Assembly (NCBI RefSeq): GCF_009914755.1
Contig: NC_060947.1
DNA from: the human T2T-CHM13v2.0 reference genome, Homo sapiens
Direction: 5' to 3' (one strand)
DNA length: 64,000 nucleotides
The notes beneath the pieces are model-generated. The model did no database searches, had not been told where the DNA came from, and saw only the letters and a program-made list of their open reading frames with translations. Shown in pieces: positions 16,407 to 31,270 of this stretch. Numbering within the stretch: the stretch's first letter is position 1; each line of letters opens with the position of its first letter. Made by a program: the position numbers and the translations under genes.

Positions 16407-17469
16407 AAAAGTTAAAATTGTACCCACAAAAAAATCAAATGTCCAAATTCAATGCCAAAAGCCTTCAGATACCTGTGATGTGGGCTAATTGTTAAAAAGA
16501 AAAATGCTGATTTCTCACCACATTTGACACATCACTCAGAAGTGTCAGGGTGCTTGCTCCAACCTTGATTTTATTATCATGAAAGTCTCTATGGCTGGGT
16601 TTTCATGGCCTTACTCTTACAGAGGTCAGGGCCAGAGGACTAATGATGGAATGCCCGAACACGAGTTGTGAGCCCCTGCTTTAGGGCTGGTCTCTCCTGA
16701 TGGTGTCCTAGGCCCGGGTGTCTGGGAGCCTCCTCCCTGTAGTCAGACTTATGCCCAGGATTCTGGGAACTTTACAAACAGGAAGACGTGGTTATTGCCT
16801 AGCACTCGGACTTGGGAACACTAGAAGAAAATTCTTCCACATTGGCAGCCATCTTGGATCCATAATAGGAGCACCAAGATGGCAAAGACATCAAATAATT
16901 CAGTTCACCTACTTGACAGAAAAAAAGATCCCCACAACGAGGACAGGGAAGGCTGCAAATGTTAAATTGATTATTCCTTTGACAGTAGGTGGTTTTCATT
17001 GGTTTTAGAACATTTTTTCTTCAGTTACTTAAGCATTTTACTCCATCTACAGTGGATGCTTAGTAAATGTCACTGATGGACAGATGCCACCATTCTAGGC
17101 ACAGCCACTGAGCCATTAAAAAAAAGTATAATCAGAGTTTCCATAATTGGGGTTTCTTTTAAAAGAAAGGGGAATTCTTAAAAACAAATTTTACTGTTGC
17201 TTCTCTTTTTCTCTCCCTTCCCCCCAACCCTGCCCCCCGCCCCAAGTCCCCGGCATTTATCAGAGAAAATGAGGGGAGAAAAAAAGGGAAGGAAGTTCTG
17301 TCACTGTTAAATTGAGCATAAACATCAATCTTTATTCCATAAATATACTGCAATATGTAGACACACTTAAACACGCATACAGACTCACACACAGTTTATT
17401 ATGATGGCCAGGTGAATGGAAGCAGCTCAGTCATAGAAAAAGGGAAGCTAGAAACAAGGAGCAATGGAT

Positions 17470-17670
17470 AAAGCATGTTAGAAGGCAACACCTGGACTTT
17501 CAAGTCAAATAAATCTGAGATTTAATCCAGTCCCATCTTGAGGTATCTGATTTTTTTTAATTTCTCTGAGCTTGAGTTTCTTCATTTGTAAAATGGGATT
17601 TAAAAACTAGCTTGCAAGGGTTAGAAAAATAATCTAGGTACATCATCTAAAATGATGCTCAGCATTTCTA
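17470..17670 (+). mobile_element. MIR
   Basis: ttctctgagcttgagtttcttcatttgtaaaatggg core. Confidence 0.7.
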
Positions 17671-17732
17671 TTAATAATTAGCAGTGAAAAAAAAAAACAG
17701 AGGCAGAAAGAACCCAGAATGAAAGAGATAGA

Positions 17733-18037
17733 AGCCAGATGCAGTGGTTCACGCCTATAATCCCAGTGCTTTGGGAGGCTGAGGCAGGAGGATCACTTGA
17801 GCACAGGAGTTTGAGATCAGACTGGGCAACACAGGGAGACATCGTCTCTACAAAAAATATAAAAATTAGCCAGGTGTGGTGGCACACGCCTATAGTCCTA
17901 GCTACACGGGAGGCTGAGGTGGGAGGAAACCTTGAGCCTAGGAGGTCAACGCGGCTGTGAGCTATGACTACGCCACTACACTCTGGCCTAGGTGACAGAG
18001 CAAAACCCTGTCTCAAAAATAAGTAAATAAATAAATT
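17733..18037 (+). mobile_element. AluJ
   Basis: ggaggatcacttgagc and gtgagctatga AluJ diagnostics. Confidence 0.9.
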
Positions 18038-18259
18038 AGAACGTGATAGAAACACAGAAAGGAGAGAAAGACAGAACATGAGGCAAAGAAAGCTCCTGAG
18101 AGACACAAATGTTTAAAAATAAATATAGAAAAAGAAAGAACAAAAAAGGAGGTGATAGGCGTGCACTGGGTTTGGCAGTAAACATTTTTATGACCACATG
18201 TTTTCATTGAGCTAGGAGATTTAGAGCAATTTAATGCTGACCTTAGAAATTCCAAAGAA

Positions 18260-18576
18260 GGCTGGGCATGGTGGCTCATGCCTGTAGTCTCAGCACTTGG
18301 GGAGTCCGAGGCGGGTGGATCACTTGAATCCAGGAGCTTGAGACCAGCCTGAGCAACAAAGTGAGACACTGTATCCACGAAAAAAATTTAAAAACTAGCC
18401 AGGTGTGGTGGCATACACCTGTGGTCCCAGCTACTTTGGACATTGAGGTGGGAGGATCATGCAAGCCCGGGAGGTCAAGGCTTTAGTGAGCCAAGCACAC
18501 TATTGCACTCCAGCCTCCAGGCTGGCTGACAAAGCAAGATCCTGTGTCGAAAAGAAAAAAAAAAAAAGAAAAGTAA
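18260..18576 (+). mobile_element. AluJ
   Basis: Perfect 14-bp TSD AGAAATTCCAAAGA at 18245-18258 and 18577-18590. Confidence 0.92.
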
Positions 18577-18948
18577 AGAAATTCCAAAGAGCAGTTCAGC
18601 AATTTGACACAATTGTTTCCCACTGGAAAACCAATTTTTGGCTTTTTATTTTCAAATTTTAAAGTTTATCTTGAAAATAAATCCTTTCCTCATAGACTGT
18701 AAAGATTGTAGAGGTGTATGAAGAAAACCAAAGCTACTATTCTAAACATGCTTACAGTAATAAGGGTCTCCACTCTGTCCAATTCATAGTGACCCACAAC
18801 ATAAGGTTTAATAGAACTTAGAGGCAAAAACATAGTTACAAAAAGTATTATTACTGTGGGGAAAGAATGGGACTTCAGCCTCACCATCATTTCTCCCGGT
18901 TTCAAATACCTATCCCCACTCTCAAATATACAGGGCGGGAGGTAGGTG

Positions 18949-18981
18949 GAGAGAGAGAGAGAGAGAGACAGAGAGAGAGAA
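18949..18981 (+). repeat. (GA)n microsatellite
   Basis: Directly visible, with one interruption. Confidence 0.9.
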
Positions 18982-19522
18982 GCGAGGATAACGGAGAGAG
19001 AGCACACTCCAAAAAGAAACTGATAGACCTAGGTTGAGCAGCAGTCTGGGCTCAGCATACTCTAAGGGCTGAAAGTACTCTCTTCTCTTCAGAAACTCCC
19101 AAAAGATCTGAGAGCCAAGAAATACAGAGCGGAAGTCCCATCAGGCCAGTTCTTCCCCAGTCCATTCTCTCCTTCCACTCTGTAGGAGACTGGGCCACAG
19201 AATAGATCCCAGCCCCCAAACCACATTCTTCCTTGTCTCCAAAATTATTCCAGGAAGCCAAATCAGTAGACCCTTCTGGAAGGAAGCCAGATTGAACACA
19301 TATTTTCTTCTCACCTCAAATTGATCCCAGATCTTAGTCAAGATATCTAATAAGAAACAGCCCCCATTTCTTCTTCTCTATCTTGAAAATTAGCCTTCAA
19401 GCACTTTCAAAATCCCTGGCCCCACATATGTATGCATCTCTGGGCTTTAGGAGGGTCTCAGTAAGTATCCATCAACTTGCTTTGAGCCTGCTGACCTATT
19501 CAGTTTTCTTGTTCATCTAAAT

Positions 19523-20154
19523 CAGAGTTGGCAAAACTATGGTCAATGGGCCAAATCATGTTCTTGCAAATAAAGTTTTATTGGAACTCAACCACACACA
19601 TTGTTTTACTTTCCTAAGGCTGCTGGAACAAATTCTTACAAACTTGGGAGCTTTAAACAACATAAGTTTATCCTCCCACAGTTTTGGAGGCCACAAGTTC
19701 AAAACCAGAATGTTGATAGGGCCATGCTCCCTTCAAAGGCTTTAGGGGAGGATTTCTCGTTACCGCCTCCTGCTTCTGGTGGCCGCCAGCATTCCTTGTG
19801 GCTGCTTAACTCCAGTGTCTGCCTCTGTCTTCACATGGCCTTCCCCTCTTCTCTATGTGGCCCAAATCTCTCTCTGCCATTGAATTTAGGGCCCATAAAG
19901 ATAATTAAGATAATCTCATCTCAAGATCCTTAACGTTGCAAGACACTTTTTCTAAATAAGGTCACATTCACAGAGTGGACATATCTTTTGGGGGCCACCA
20001 TTCAACTCATACACCCATCTGTTTATGTAGCATCTATGGCTACTTTCATATTAAAACAGCTAAGTTGAGTAGTTGCTCAATTGAATGGTTGGCCCACAAA
20101 ACCAAAATATTTACTATCTGGGCCTCCCTTTACAGAAAATGTTTGCCAAGCCCT
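19523..20154. mobile_element. MER58A split by an MLT1(B/C-like) MaLR LTR (~19602-20013)
   Basis: MER58A halves: gttggcaaaactatgg...aataaagttttattggaac and gttgagtagttgc...aaaatatttactatctggg...tttacagaaaatgtttgcc. MLT1 minus-strand text (cacagttttggaggccacaagttc) lies between them. Confidence 0.8.
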
Positions 20155-21422
20155 AAACCCGCGTTACAATGCAACTTTGCTGAACTACTCTTCCTCCTGC
20201 AACAATCCACACTCACACACACACTTCCCCCCACACGCACACCCAGTCATAATCCAAATTGTTGTTAATAAAATAATGCTGAACCCCCACAAGGTTTATT
20301 TATTGTATGGTAAGATGCAAATATGGCCAGTGTATAATTCAATGTCTTCAAAATTATATCTCTTATTGTTCATGAAAATACATGAATTTATTAAAATGAC
20401 CCTGAACACTGTTCAGCATTAAGTCCATTGCATGATTTGCGGGGAGCAAAAATCTCTTAGGTAAAACTGCACTTTTTTCCCATATGTCTTGCACATCTGA
20501 TGTCAGTTATCCAAACTTGTGCTGGGGGCAGTTTGAGGGAACAGATGGGAGAATAGTATGGCCCTAAAATTTTCTGGAAATGTTGCCTCTGGAATCTACA
20601 AGGCAATATCAACAGAATGACCCAGTTCTCTGTCTTGTTAAATATCAGAGCAAATCTCCACATCAAAATTCCAGATTGAAAGATGCTTGAAGAGCAAACA
20701 AAATAATAGTATTTAAATTGGGGGTTTGTAATTTTAATCCATGAGGAACATGAAACAAATTTTCAGGAGTTCCTATGATACAAACAAAAATTGAAATTAA
20801 TCTAAATATTAATTATGCTTAGAAATTACAGAGAAAAGTACGTTACCTGTGACCATGCCACCTTATGCATTTTATACACACACACACACATATACACATG
20901 GGCATGCATGCTGACATTTATACATGAATATTTTAACATCCACTAGGATATCAAAAGACTGAAGATAGAAGTTTTGTACTATCATTACAACATTTATCTT
21001 AATTTCCTAAAAACTATGGTAAAACTCTGACGATCCTTGACCGTCTCTGAATTCAATGAGGAAAACACTCAATATCTTCCTCCATGAAGTAGGGAATATT
21101 AAATCTCACCTTACAAGGAAAAGAACAATTAATGTTCTGGAATAACGGCCTATTGAAATCTCACCTTTAAGGGTAAAAGACATGTTGTATATTTACATTT
21201 GTAGATATGAATGAAGCCTTTTAATAATAGAACCAAGGGTCAGATGGAATTAAGCTATACTTCCCTACCCCCAGATGGTATTACATTTTATCAAATAGCA
21301 ATTACAGTTTATGCAGTATCAATTTTGTTAAGGTCGGTTCTCCTAACCCAAGGAATTCTTACACCTGAAGCCTAAATCAATAAGTACTATATTTGGGTAG
21401 TTGAAAAACTGTATTTACATAA

Positions 21423-22625
<1,203 letters not shown>

Positions 22626-22851
22626 TGATAACCATATCATTCCATCCTTCCAAGCCATTTGCCCCTGGAGTCCTGTTACGTGGTGTTCTCCATTTCACAC
22701 ATGTCCCATTTCATAAATGTGCTGAAACTGCCATCATGGGTTTTTTTGTGTGTATGTGATTTCCTTTGTTATTTTTTTTTAAAAACATAAGGCACATCTC
22801 CCCCCACCCCCATTTCTGGAAAAACTGCAATAAACTCAGAGTCCTTACTGA

Positions 22852-24459
<1,608 letters not shown>

Positions 24460-25440
24460 TAATCTTACTCTGTGCTTGCTTTCAGAATTGGATGGGGCAA
24501 TATGTTTTTCCTAAATTCTAAATGCAGATGTTTAGCAATGCCCAGTGTGACTTTTAGTTATATGATAGTATTGCTTAGAGTCACATAACAGTTTGATTTT
24601 CTTCCCAAGACATCTGAGTTCTAATTCTGCCATTTCATTATTGAGGGACAAGGAAGGATAAGAGAGCAGGGTATCAGGGAGATTGGAGGGGTTTGGAGAG
24701 ATCATTTGCCTTTCGGCAATCTTACTGATTCCTCCCTACTCTGTAAGACTGCTCTATATGGATGTTCTGAAGTGTCTTGCATACCCCAGTGTCAGGAAGA
24801 TTTTGAGGCTATTCCTGATGAGCTGCTTTATTTTCCCCAAAATAATAAAGTGTAAACACACGTAGAAAAAAGAACACATCCACCTTCTGTATCCCACCTT
24901 CACCACTCCACCACTCAATGGCAGGCATTCCCCTCACCGATCCACTTGGCTGGCCATCACATGGCAAAAGCAGATACTCTTTCATACTTTTATGTTTCAA
25001 ATTATGTCATCAATAGTGTCTTTTCCATACAGGTCAATGGAAGTCAGTGACATCTTATATTGGTCATTTTCTATTCCTGTTCTTTTAAGATTTTCTACTT
25101 TCTCAAAACCCACCACTGGCTTTACCTCCTTTGGAAAAGCTGTCTGTGAATATCACCTAACTCATCACCCAACTGCATCTTTACCTCTAAACTAAGTCAC
25201 ACTGTTTAATCCTTCATGATTTATAAAGAACTTTCACCTGAGTTACCTCTTGCTTCTCACAAAAATTCTGTGAGATGGGGATTATTTGCTTCACATGACA
25301 GCTTTTCTTAAAGAAAAAAAAAAATGTTGAACAACTGGCCCAGTGTTTCAACTTCAGACTTTTACCAGGCAAACCTCATGCTGACTTCTTAAAAAGATTC
25401 ACTTATTTAATTTGCACTAATTAAATTAGGCCACTTCTTT

Positions 25441-25585
25441 AAAAGAAAGAAAGGAAAGAAAGGAAAGGAAAGGAAAGGAAAGGAAAGGAAAGGAAAGGAA
25501 AGGAAAGGAAAGGAAAGAAAGAAAGAAAGAAAGAAAGAAAGAGAAAGAAAGAAAGGAGGAAGAAAGAAAGAAAAGAAAAGAAAAG
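25441..25585 (+). repeat. (GAAAG)n/(GAAA)n polypurine tract
   Basis: ~145 nt of uninterrupted purines in the last intron. Confidence 0.95.
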
Positions 25586-25987
25586 TAACAATGCCAGATT
25601 TAACCTAATTCCCTTGAAATGAAACTTAATATCTCCAATATATTTGAATAATCTATACACAGTTGTTTTCTGTGTCTAAGCTTTGATGGGTAGATATTGG
25701 GAGTAAGGCAATTCATGAAATCCCTGAAAATGTTTGGGATTTCTAGACAATTCCAAATGAATCAGCAGTTCCAGAAATAACAGATTCCAGTATTTTCTTG
25801 ATATTCATTAAAATGGAAATTTGTTATGAGATATCAAGAGGCAGTCTTTGGAAAGCAGGGTGACCTTAGCATCGGCAGCCCTTCCAGACTACAACCTTGA
25901 GAAATGACAGACATCATGTAGAGATGTAGTAAAAATGACCTCCCAGGAGATGCTTAATGATTCTCTCTGTTTTTCTACTACCCCTAG

Positions 25988-25992
25988 TGTAG
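25988..25992 (+). CDS. FRMPD4: FRMPD4 terminal coding nucleotides of the short isoform: (G)TG TAG = Val-stop, giving the class I PDZ ligand -ETTV
   Basis: First AG after the polypyrimidine tract (cccctAG, 25986-25987). G from the previous exon + TG = Val, then TAG. ETTV-COOH is the known PSD-95-binding terminus of Preso. Confidence 0.88.
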
Positions 25993-27317
25993 CTTTGACA
26001 GAGCCTGGGAAGGAGAGACGAGGAGGCATGCCTTCAGCTTGGTCTCAACATCCTGAAGCTGATCCCATCCTGCTACCATCAAACATTCACTCGGAATCAA
26101 AGGTGCCAATTCCAAATCAAGACCCTAATGATTTCTCCCAAGCAAATCAGGCATACGGAGAGGCTGTGAGCTGGCGGCCACCGGATCTGAGAGGGGGGAG
26201 CCTCAGGACACCTCCCAGCCAGAAGGCTCTGAGACATAGCAGCAGTATCCTCTCCGGATCTGTCGATTTGGAGACCTTCCGAGAGAGAACCAAGGGTGCA
26301 GTCAGCTTAAAGTGTCCAGGCATCACAGAAGCACAGGAGGCCAGTTCTGAAAGGCGAGCAGAACTCCCCCTGGGGAGGAAGCTCACCAAAAGTTTTTCCC
26401 AAAGCTCAATGCACTTGAGCTCTGAGGGGAGGTTTCACAAAAGGTCCCCAGTGGCTCATAAAGACTCAAAGCTGTATAGGACATTACCCTTGCGGAAGCT
26501 GGAGGGCAGCAATTGGAGATGCCGGGGACCCTTCAGCTATTGCTTCCTGAACCGAGGGCAGGATGAAGATGGTGAGGAAGAAGAGGAGAGGGGAGAGGCC
26601 ACCGTCCAGGTCTCTTGCCTCTATAGACCACAGATGACTCAAGCCATGCCAGAACCAAGCAGCCCATGCCTGGCTGTGGCGATTCAGAAGCAACGAGGGG
26701 AGCTATCCAGAGGGTCAGTGCTGAAGGTCTGGGCAGAAGACCTGCGAGACCCAGATGACTTGGACTTCAGCAACCTGGCTTTTGATGCCCGGATTGCAAG
26801 AATAAATGCCCTAAAGGAGAGCACATATGCAATGCCTGATGGGTTCCTTGCAGCCCAAAATGATGCCAATGAGCTGCTCTGTCTCGTCAGGGCAACCAAG
26901 GAGAAGAGGGAGGAGTCACGCCCTGAAGCGTACGACCTTACACTTTCTCAGTACAAGCAACTGTTATCCATTGAGTCCAGACAGTTGGGAAGTGCCTGTA
27001 GGAAAATGGCGATGGCTGAGAAAAGCCCGGAGGAGATGCTCCTAGCTATGACTTCCAGCTTTCAAGTGCTCTGTTGCCTAACAGAAGCTTGCATGCGATT
27101 AGTTAAAGTCGTGAACTCAGAAACACAGCGGCAGGAAATTGTAGGGAAGATCGATGAAGTGGTCATAAATTACATTTGTCTACTGAAAGCTGCCGAAGCA
27201 GCCACTGGAAAGAACCCTGGGGACCCTAATGTTGGACTCTCGGCGCGACACTCAACCACCATGGCCGCTCTCGTAAGCACACTGACACGTTCTCTCAAGA
27301 GGCTTTTAAACAAATAA
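25993..27317 (+). CDS. FRMPD4: FRMPD4 terminal coding exon of the long isoform (441-aa extension ALTEPGKERR...TRSLKRLLNK)
   Basis: Second AG at 25991-25992. G+CT=Ala, in frame with the uninterrupted ORF 25935-27317. Coding-like composition with an amphipathic helical C-terminus. Confidence 0.85.
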
Positions 27318-28533
27318 ATATGGAAGTCACGTCATAATCTACCTTTGCAAAGCCATACATGAACTTTTATTTACTTTGTGTGTATGATGAACAGATGTCT
27401 CCTTTCTTCTCTCTGTATATTTTGTTATTTTATATAAAATAGGAGATAAAAGTCACATTGATGAAATGTTGAAATGTACTAATCAGATGTATTCTGTTTA
27501 TATTATACATATATATACACGTAAAAGAAATATCCAAGAAAGTGATGACATTTGGCTATTTTTCATATAGTTAAAACTCCAGGTATATGATGTGAAATTT
27601 TAAATTCTACCATGTTAGAGCAAAACAATGAATCCTATCCCCTTTCTTTCCAAGTAGCTACTTGGAAACCATATCATTCATATTTAGAAGTAAAACACAA
27701 AACAAAAAAGAGAGAGAAAAGAAAAGAAATCACAATGTATATAAAACAGTACTTATGTTTTAAAATTATGATTTTTAAGCATTGGAAATAGCAAAAAGAC
27801 ATTTAAAATTCAAGAAGCTATTATGAATTACTAGAGAATATATCTGTAATAAATTAATTTTTTGCTCATAGTATTTGGTTACTGGATGCTTTCTTCCAAG
27901 AATCCCACATATTTAATTTGGGTTTTTGCTACTGGGGCTACAAATTGGTGGGGATGGATTCTACTGTGTCAGCACAAATGCTCTTCACAGTGGTTCTAGC
28001 ATTTAAAAAACTTCCCGGGGAGAAGAACAGAGGGGATGATGGGCAGTTTCCTAGGTAACACCTAGAGTTATAGAATATCTCATTACATAAAATGTATGGA
28101 ATTAATAATACCAAAATTAATTATTTGATGGAAAGATCTGCTTTGACTAAATGTCAAAAATCTGCAAACCAAAGACATTATCTTCCCCTCATCCCAACTC
28201 AACTACGAAACTTAAAATTCCCTTTAGAGTGATAGGACATTTAGTAAAGTATTTGCAAACTTAAAAAAAGGAACATTTAATGATCATCAAAATTAAGTAC
28301 AGATTCAGTAATGTAGACCAGACCACACACCAGCACCTGTGAGTCTCATCTCAGATCACAGCTCTCAGCATAGGGCTTCATGCATCACCGCCTCTACAGA
28401 GGCTAAGGCTGCCAGTCAAATTTGGAATTATAGCGTAGTACTGGGACAAAATCTCAAATCTTGGATGTTCCAGAAAATCAGGGAGAGATGGCTACTGTAA
28501 TCATGGGAGCCATGAGTAAATAGTTAAGTATTT

Positions 28534-28543
28534 ATTAAATAAA
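28534..28543 (+). terminator. Candidate proximal polyadenylation signal (overlapping ATTAAA/AATAAA)
   Basis: ATTAAA at 28534-28539 and AATAAA at 28538-28543, inside a 27-bp palindrome. Confidence 0.4.
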
Positions 28544-29104
28544 TACTTAATCTGGATTGGCTGATAAAAATATGAAATCTGAAAAAAAAAAGAAAGAAAT
28601 GGAAGTGGTATATTTGACCAGTTCAAGTGAAACCAATGGAATGCAAAGAACTTTCCAGGACTGTCACATCTCTAAAAGTACCCTGCAGTCATAAAATAAA
28701 ATCGATATGTATATATGTATTTCCTGGGTCATTCAGTGCTCAAGTTACATGCACTCCTACTTAGACAGGTGGCTCCTTAAGAACATGATGGGAGTACACC
28801 AGGTGCAAATATTTCTACTTTTGTAGCCTGCTGAGAAGGAGTCATAACACAGTCCACAATTGCAATCTCTCTCTAGTCAGCCATTCCACAGGGACTCAAC
28901 AACAAAAGCCGCACGTGGTTATGGATGGCAGCAAAGGAAAGGAGTTTAGGTGTGTGTTATTATAAATAATGTTTAACTAAATAATAAAACATTATTTCAT
29001 TACAATTATAATTATAAATATTGGTGTTTTGATATTGAGAGATATTAGTGGTGTTTACTGTGGAAAATCTTAGTAAATATCATTCTGTGTACTAAAATCC
29101 TAAC

Positions 29105-29480
29105 CTATTAATAGGATGTGTGCCCTATGTCAGACAGTGTGCTAAGCATATTAACTATATTATCTCATTTAATCATCACAACAATCTGCTGGTTTGGACA
29201 CTATTCTCTCTGGAGGCAATATGGATGAGTTCTTACGGATATGGGGTTTGGGGTCAGAAACATCTTGATTAAAATTTTGACTCTGCCATTTTCTAGCCCT
29301 TTTATGTTGGGAAAGCTACTTTTTCTAGTCTCAATTTCCTCATAATAAAATGAAAATCAATTATAAGATCGATTTCCATAGGGTTGTCATGAGTTTTGAG
29401 TAAAAATGTGTATGTAAAGTTCTTACCACAATACCTGGCAGAGAGTAAGTATTCAATTAATGTTAGCTATTATTATCATC
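29105..29480. mobile_element. Two MIR fragments in opposite orientation, inside the 3' UTR
   Basis: tatctcatttaatcatcacaacaa (minus) and tctcaatttcctcataataaaatg...tacctggcagagagtaagtattcaat (plus). Confidence 0.65.
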
Positions 29481-29953
29481 ATAATCGTTGTGTTAAATAT
29501 ATTGCCCAAGATAATATGTGGGGGAATGTTTGTTTTATATGCATATTGTATCCTGACTGTGTGCAGAACACATTATGTGTATTGCATATATGTAAAAGAA
29601 GTGTACAAGGAAGTGGCCATCCTTGTTCAAGTTACGTATCTAGTTAGAACAACTTCCCAGTCCATTGGAGTTCTTTGAGAAGCCTCAGGGAAGTAGCTCT
29701 GGGTCCTTCTAATCAACCTCCCATTACTGCGCCAGTAAGTTTCTGTTTCTTATAAATAAACTCTTTGCTATTCAGAAAACCTCAAGGGGCCCCCACATTC
29801 ACTAAGCATGGGGCTCCTAACTGGGGTCCAGGTCCATAGAGTGTAGGAAGAACATATTAGAACAATACTTGTGCTTATTTTTATCTAGCTTTTTTATGTT
29901 TGTGTATGTTTTATAATGGCATAATAGTACAATGGTACATGTACATAATTTTA

Positions 29954-29979
29954 AATAAATAAATGAATGAATGAATAAA
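29954..29979 (+). terminator. Candidate distal polyadenylation signal cluster
   Basis: Three AATAAA (29954, 29958, 29974) with upstream TGTA elements. The position agrees with my recollection of a ~4-kb 3' UTR for the short isoform. Confidence 0.5.
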
Positions 29980-31183
29980 TAAGCATATGCCTGGTGCATG
30001 CATGTGACAATATTGTCGCAGGTAGGGTTGCATTCACTGAAATCTGGAGAGCACTGAACTGGAGAATAAACCTTCCTTATACTCACGGTTCTTTATGTTT
30101 AGTCCCCAGTCTACTTTGCCAAGTTTATCTCCTACCATTTTTATTAATCTTTTATCACAAATCTTTCAAACAAAAGTAGACACAATCGTATGAATTCATG
30201 TGGACTCATTACCTACCGATTCATGTCTAATCTTATTTTCTGTATTTCTACCCACCTCCTCTCCCACTGTATGATTTACAAGCAAGTCCCAGACATCATA
30301 GTGCTTAGCCCATGAATATTTCAGTAAGAATATCCTGTGAGAACTTTTAAACATAACCACAATGACGTTTTTGCATTTTAAAAATTGGGAATTCCTTAAT
30401 ATTATCAAATAAACATTACAGAAATAAATGATGGAGAAAGTAATAATCCCCTTAAACCCAACTTCCAAAGATAACCATTGTCCACAATTTAGGGGCTCTT
30501 CATTCCATCCTTTACTGTATTATATAGTAAAGTTATTTGTATTTTATTGGTTTATGAGCTTTGCTTTTGGCTCAGAGAGTTGTTCTGACCACAGTTGCCC
30601 TCGTACCTAAGTGTCAGTCCCAGCCTATTTCACATAAGTGAATTCGTCAGAAGGGATATGATTGATGTGGAAGGACAGAGTACTCAGATCAACAACCACA
30701 CAGCATTAGCTTCAAGAAAAAAAAAATCAAAAAATGAATGCAATTGCCGAGACATTAAAATTAACACAGATCCCACTAACCTTAAGCTCAGCAGAAATTA
30801 GTCTAATCACAAACGAAATTATTTTCCAGAAAAGCCTGAAATCCCTAGCTATAGCAATACTACAATGGCTCAATTCCTTTTGCTATAAATTTTATCTTTC
30901 ATTATGATTTCTCTTAGGAAAGAAAATCTTCATTTGTTTATGTTCTGCTTTCATATAGTTCTAAATGCCAGTAATTAATTCTCTGAGTGTTACTTCTGAG
31001 TGACCCAGGACAGTGCTCTAATTTATCCTGCCTGGATTATCCTTGATTTGGCAGTGGGGGCGGGTTATCACCCTTCAAAATTGTGCAGTTTTTGAAATGG
31101 AAAACAAATCACCTATGTTCAGGTAATTCCTTATCTTTTCCAAACATTTAGAAACCTTCATGGGGATCAAAATACATTAATAT

Positions 31184-31270
31184 TGCCAGGCACAGTGGCA
31201 TGTGCCTGTAATCCCAGCTACTTGGGAGGCAACACAGAAAGACTTCATTTCAAAAAAAAGAAAAAAAAAA
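31184..31270 (+). mobile_element. Internally deleted Alu monomer fragment
   Basis: gccaggcacagtggcatgtgcctgtaatcccagctacttgggaggc joined to aacacagaaagacttcatttc and an A tail. Confidence 0.8.

Larger units (their letters stand above)
27318..29990 (+). other. FRMPD4: FRMPD4 3' UTR (for the short isoform the UTR starts at 25993); end approximate
   Basis: AU-rich, largely repeat-free sequence after the stop codon, with AATAAA hexamers at 27848, 28538, 28695, 29755 and 29954-29979. The exact cleavage site cannot be read from sequence alone. Confidence 0.6.

Noticed and set aside
25990-25998. Stop-codon readthrough as the route into the 441-aa extension
   Set aside because: In the short-isoform frame TAG is followed by CTT TGA. 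The extension is in another frame and needs the second acceptor.
28582-28598. A-run after AATAAA as a retrocopy poly(A) tail
   Set aside because: The gene has introns and there is no TSD. It is a genomic A-rich tract and a likely oligo-dT mispriming site.
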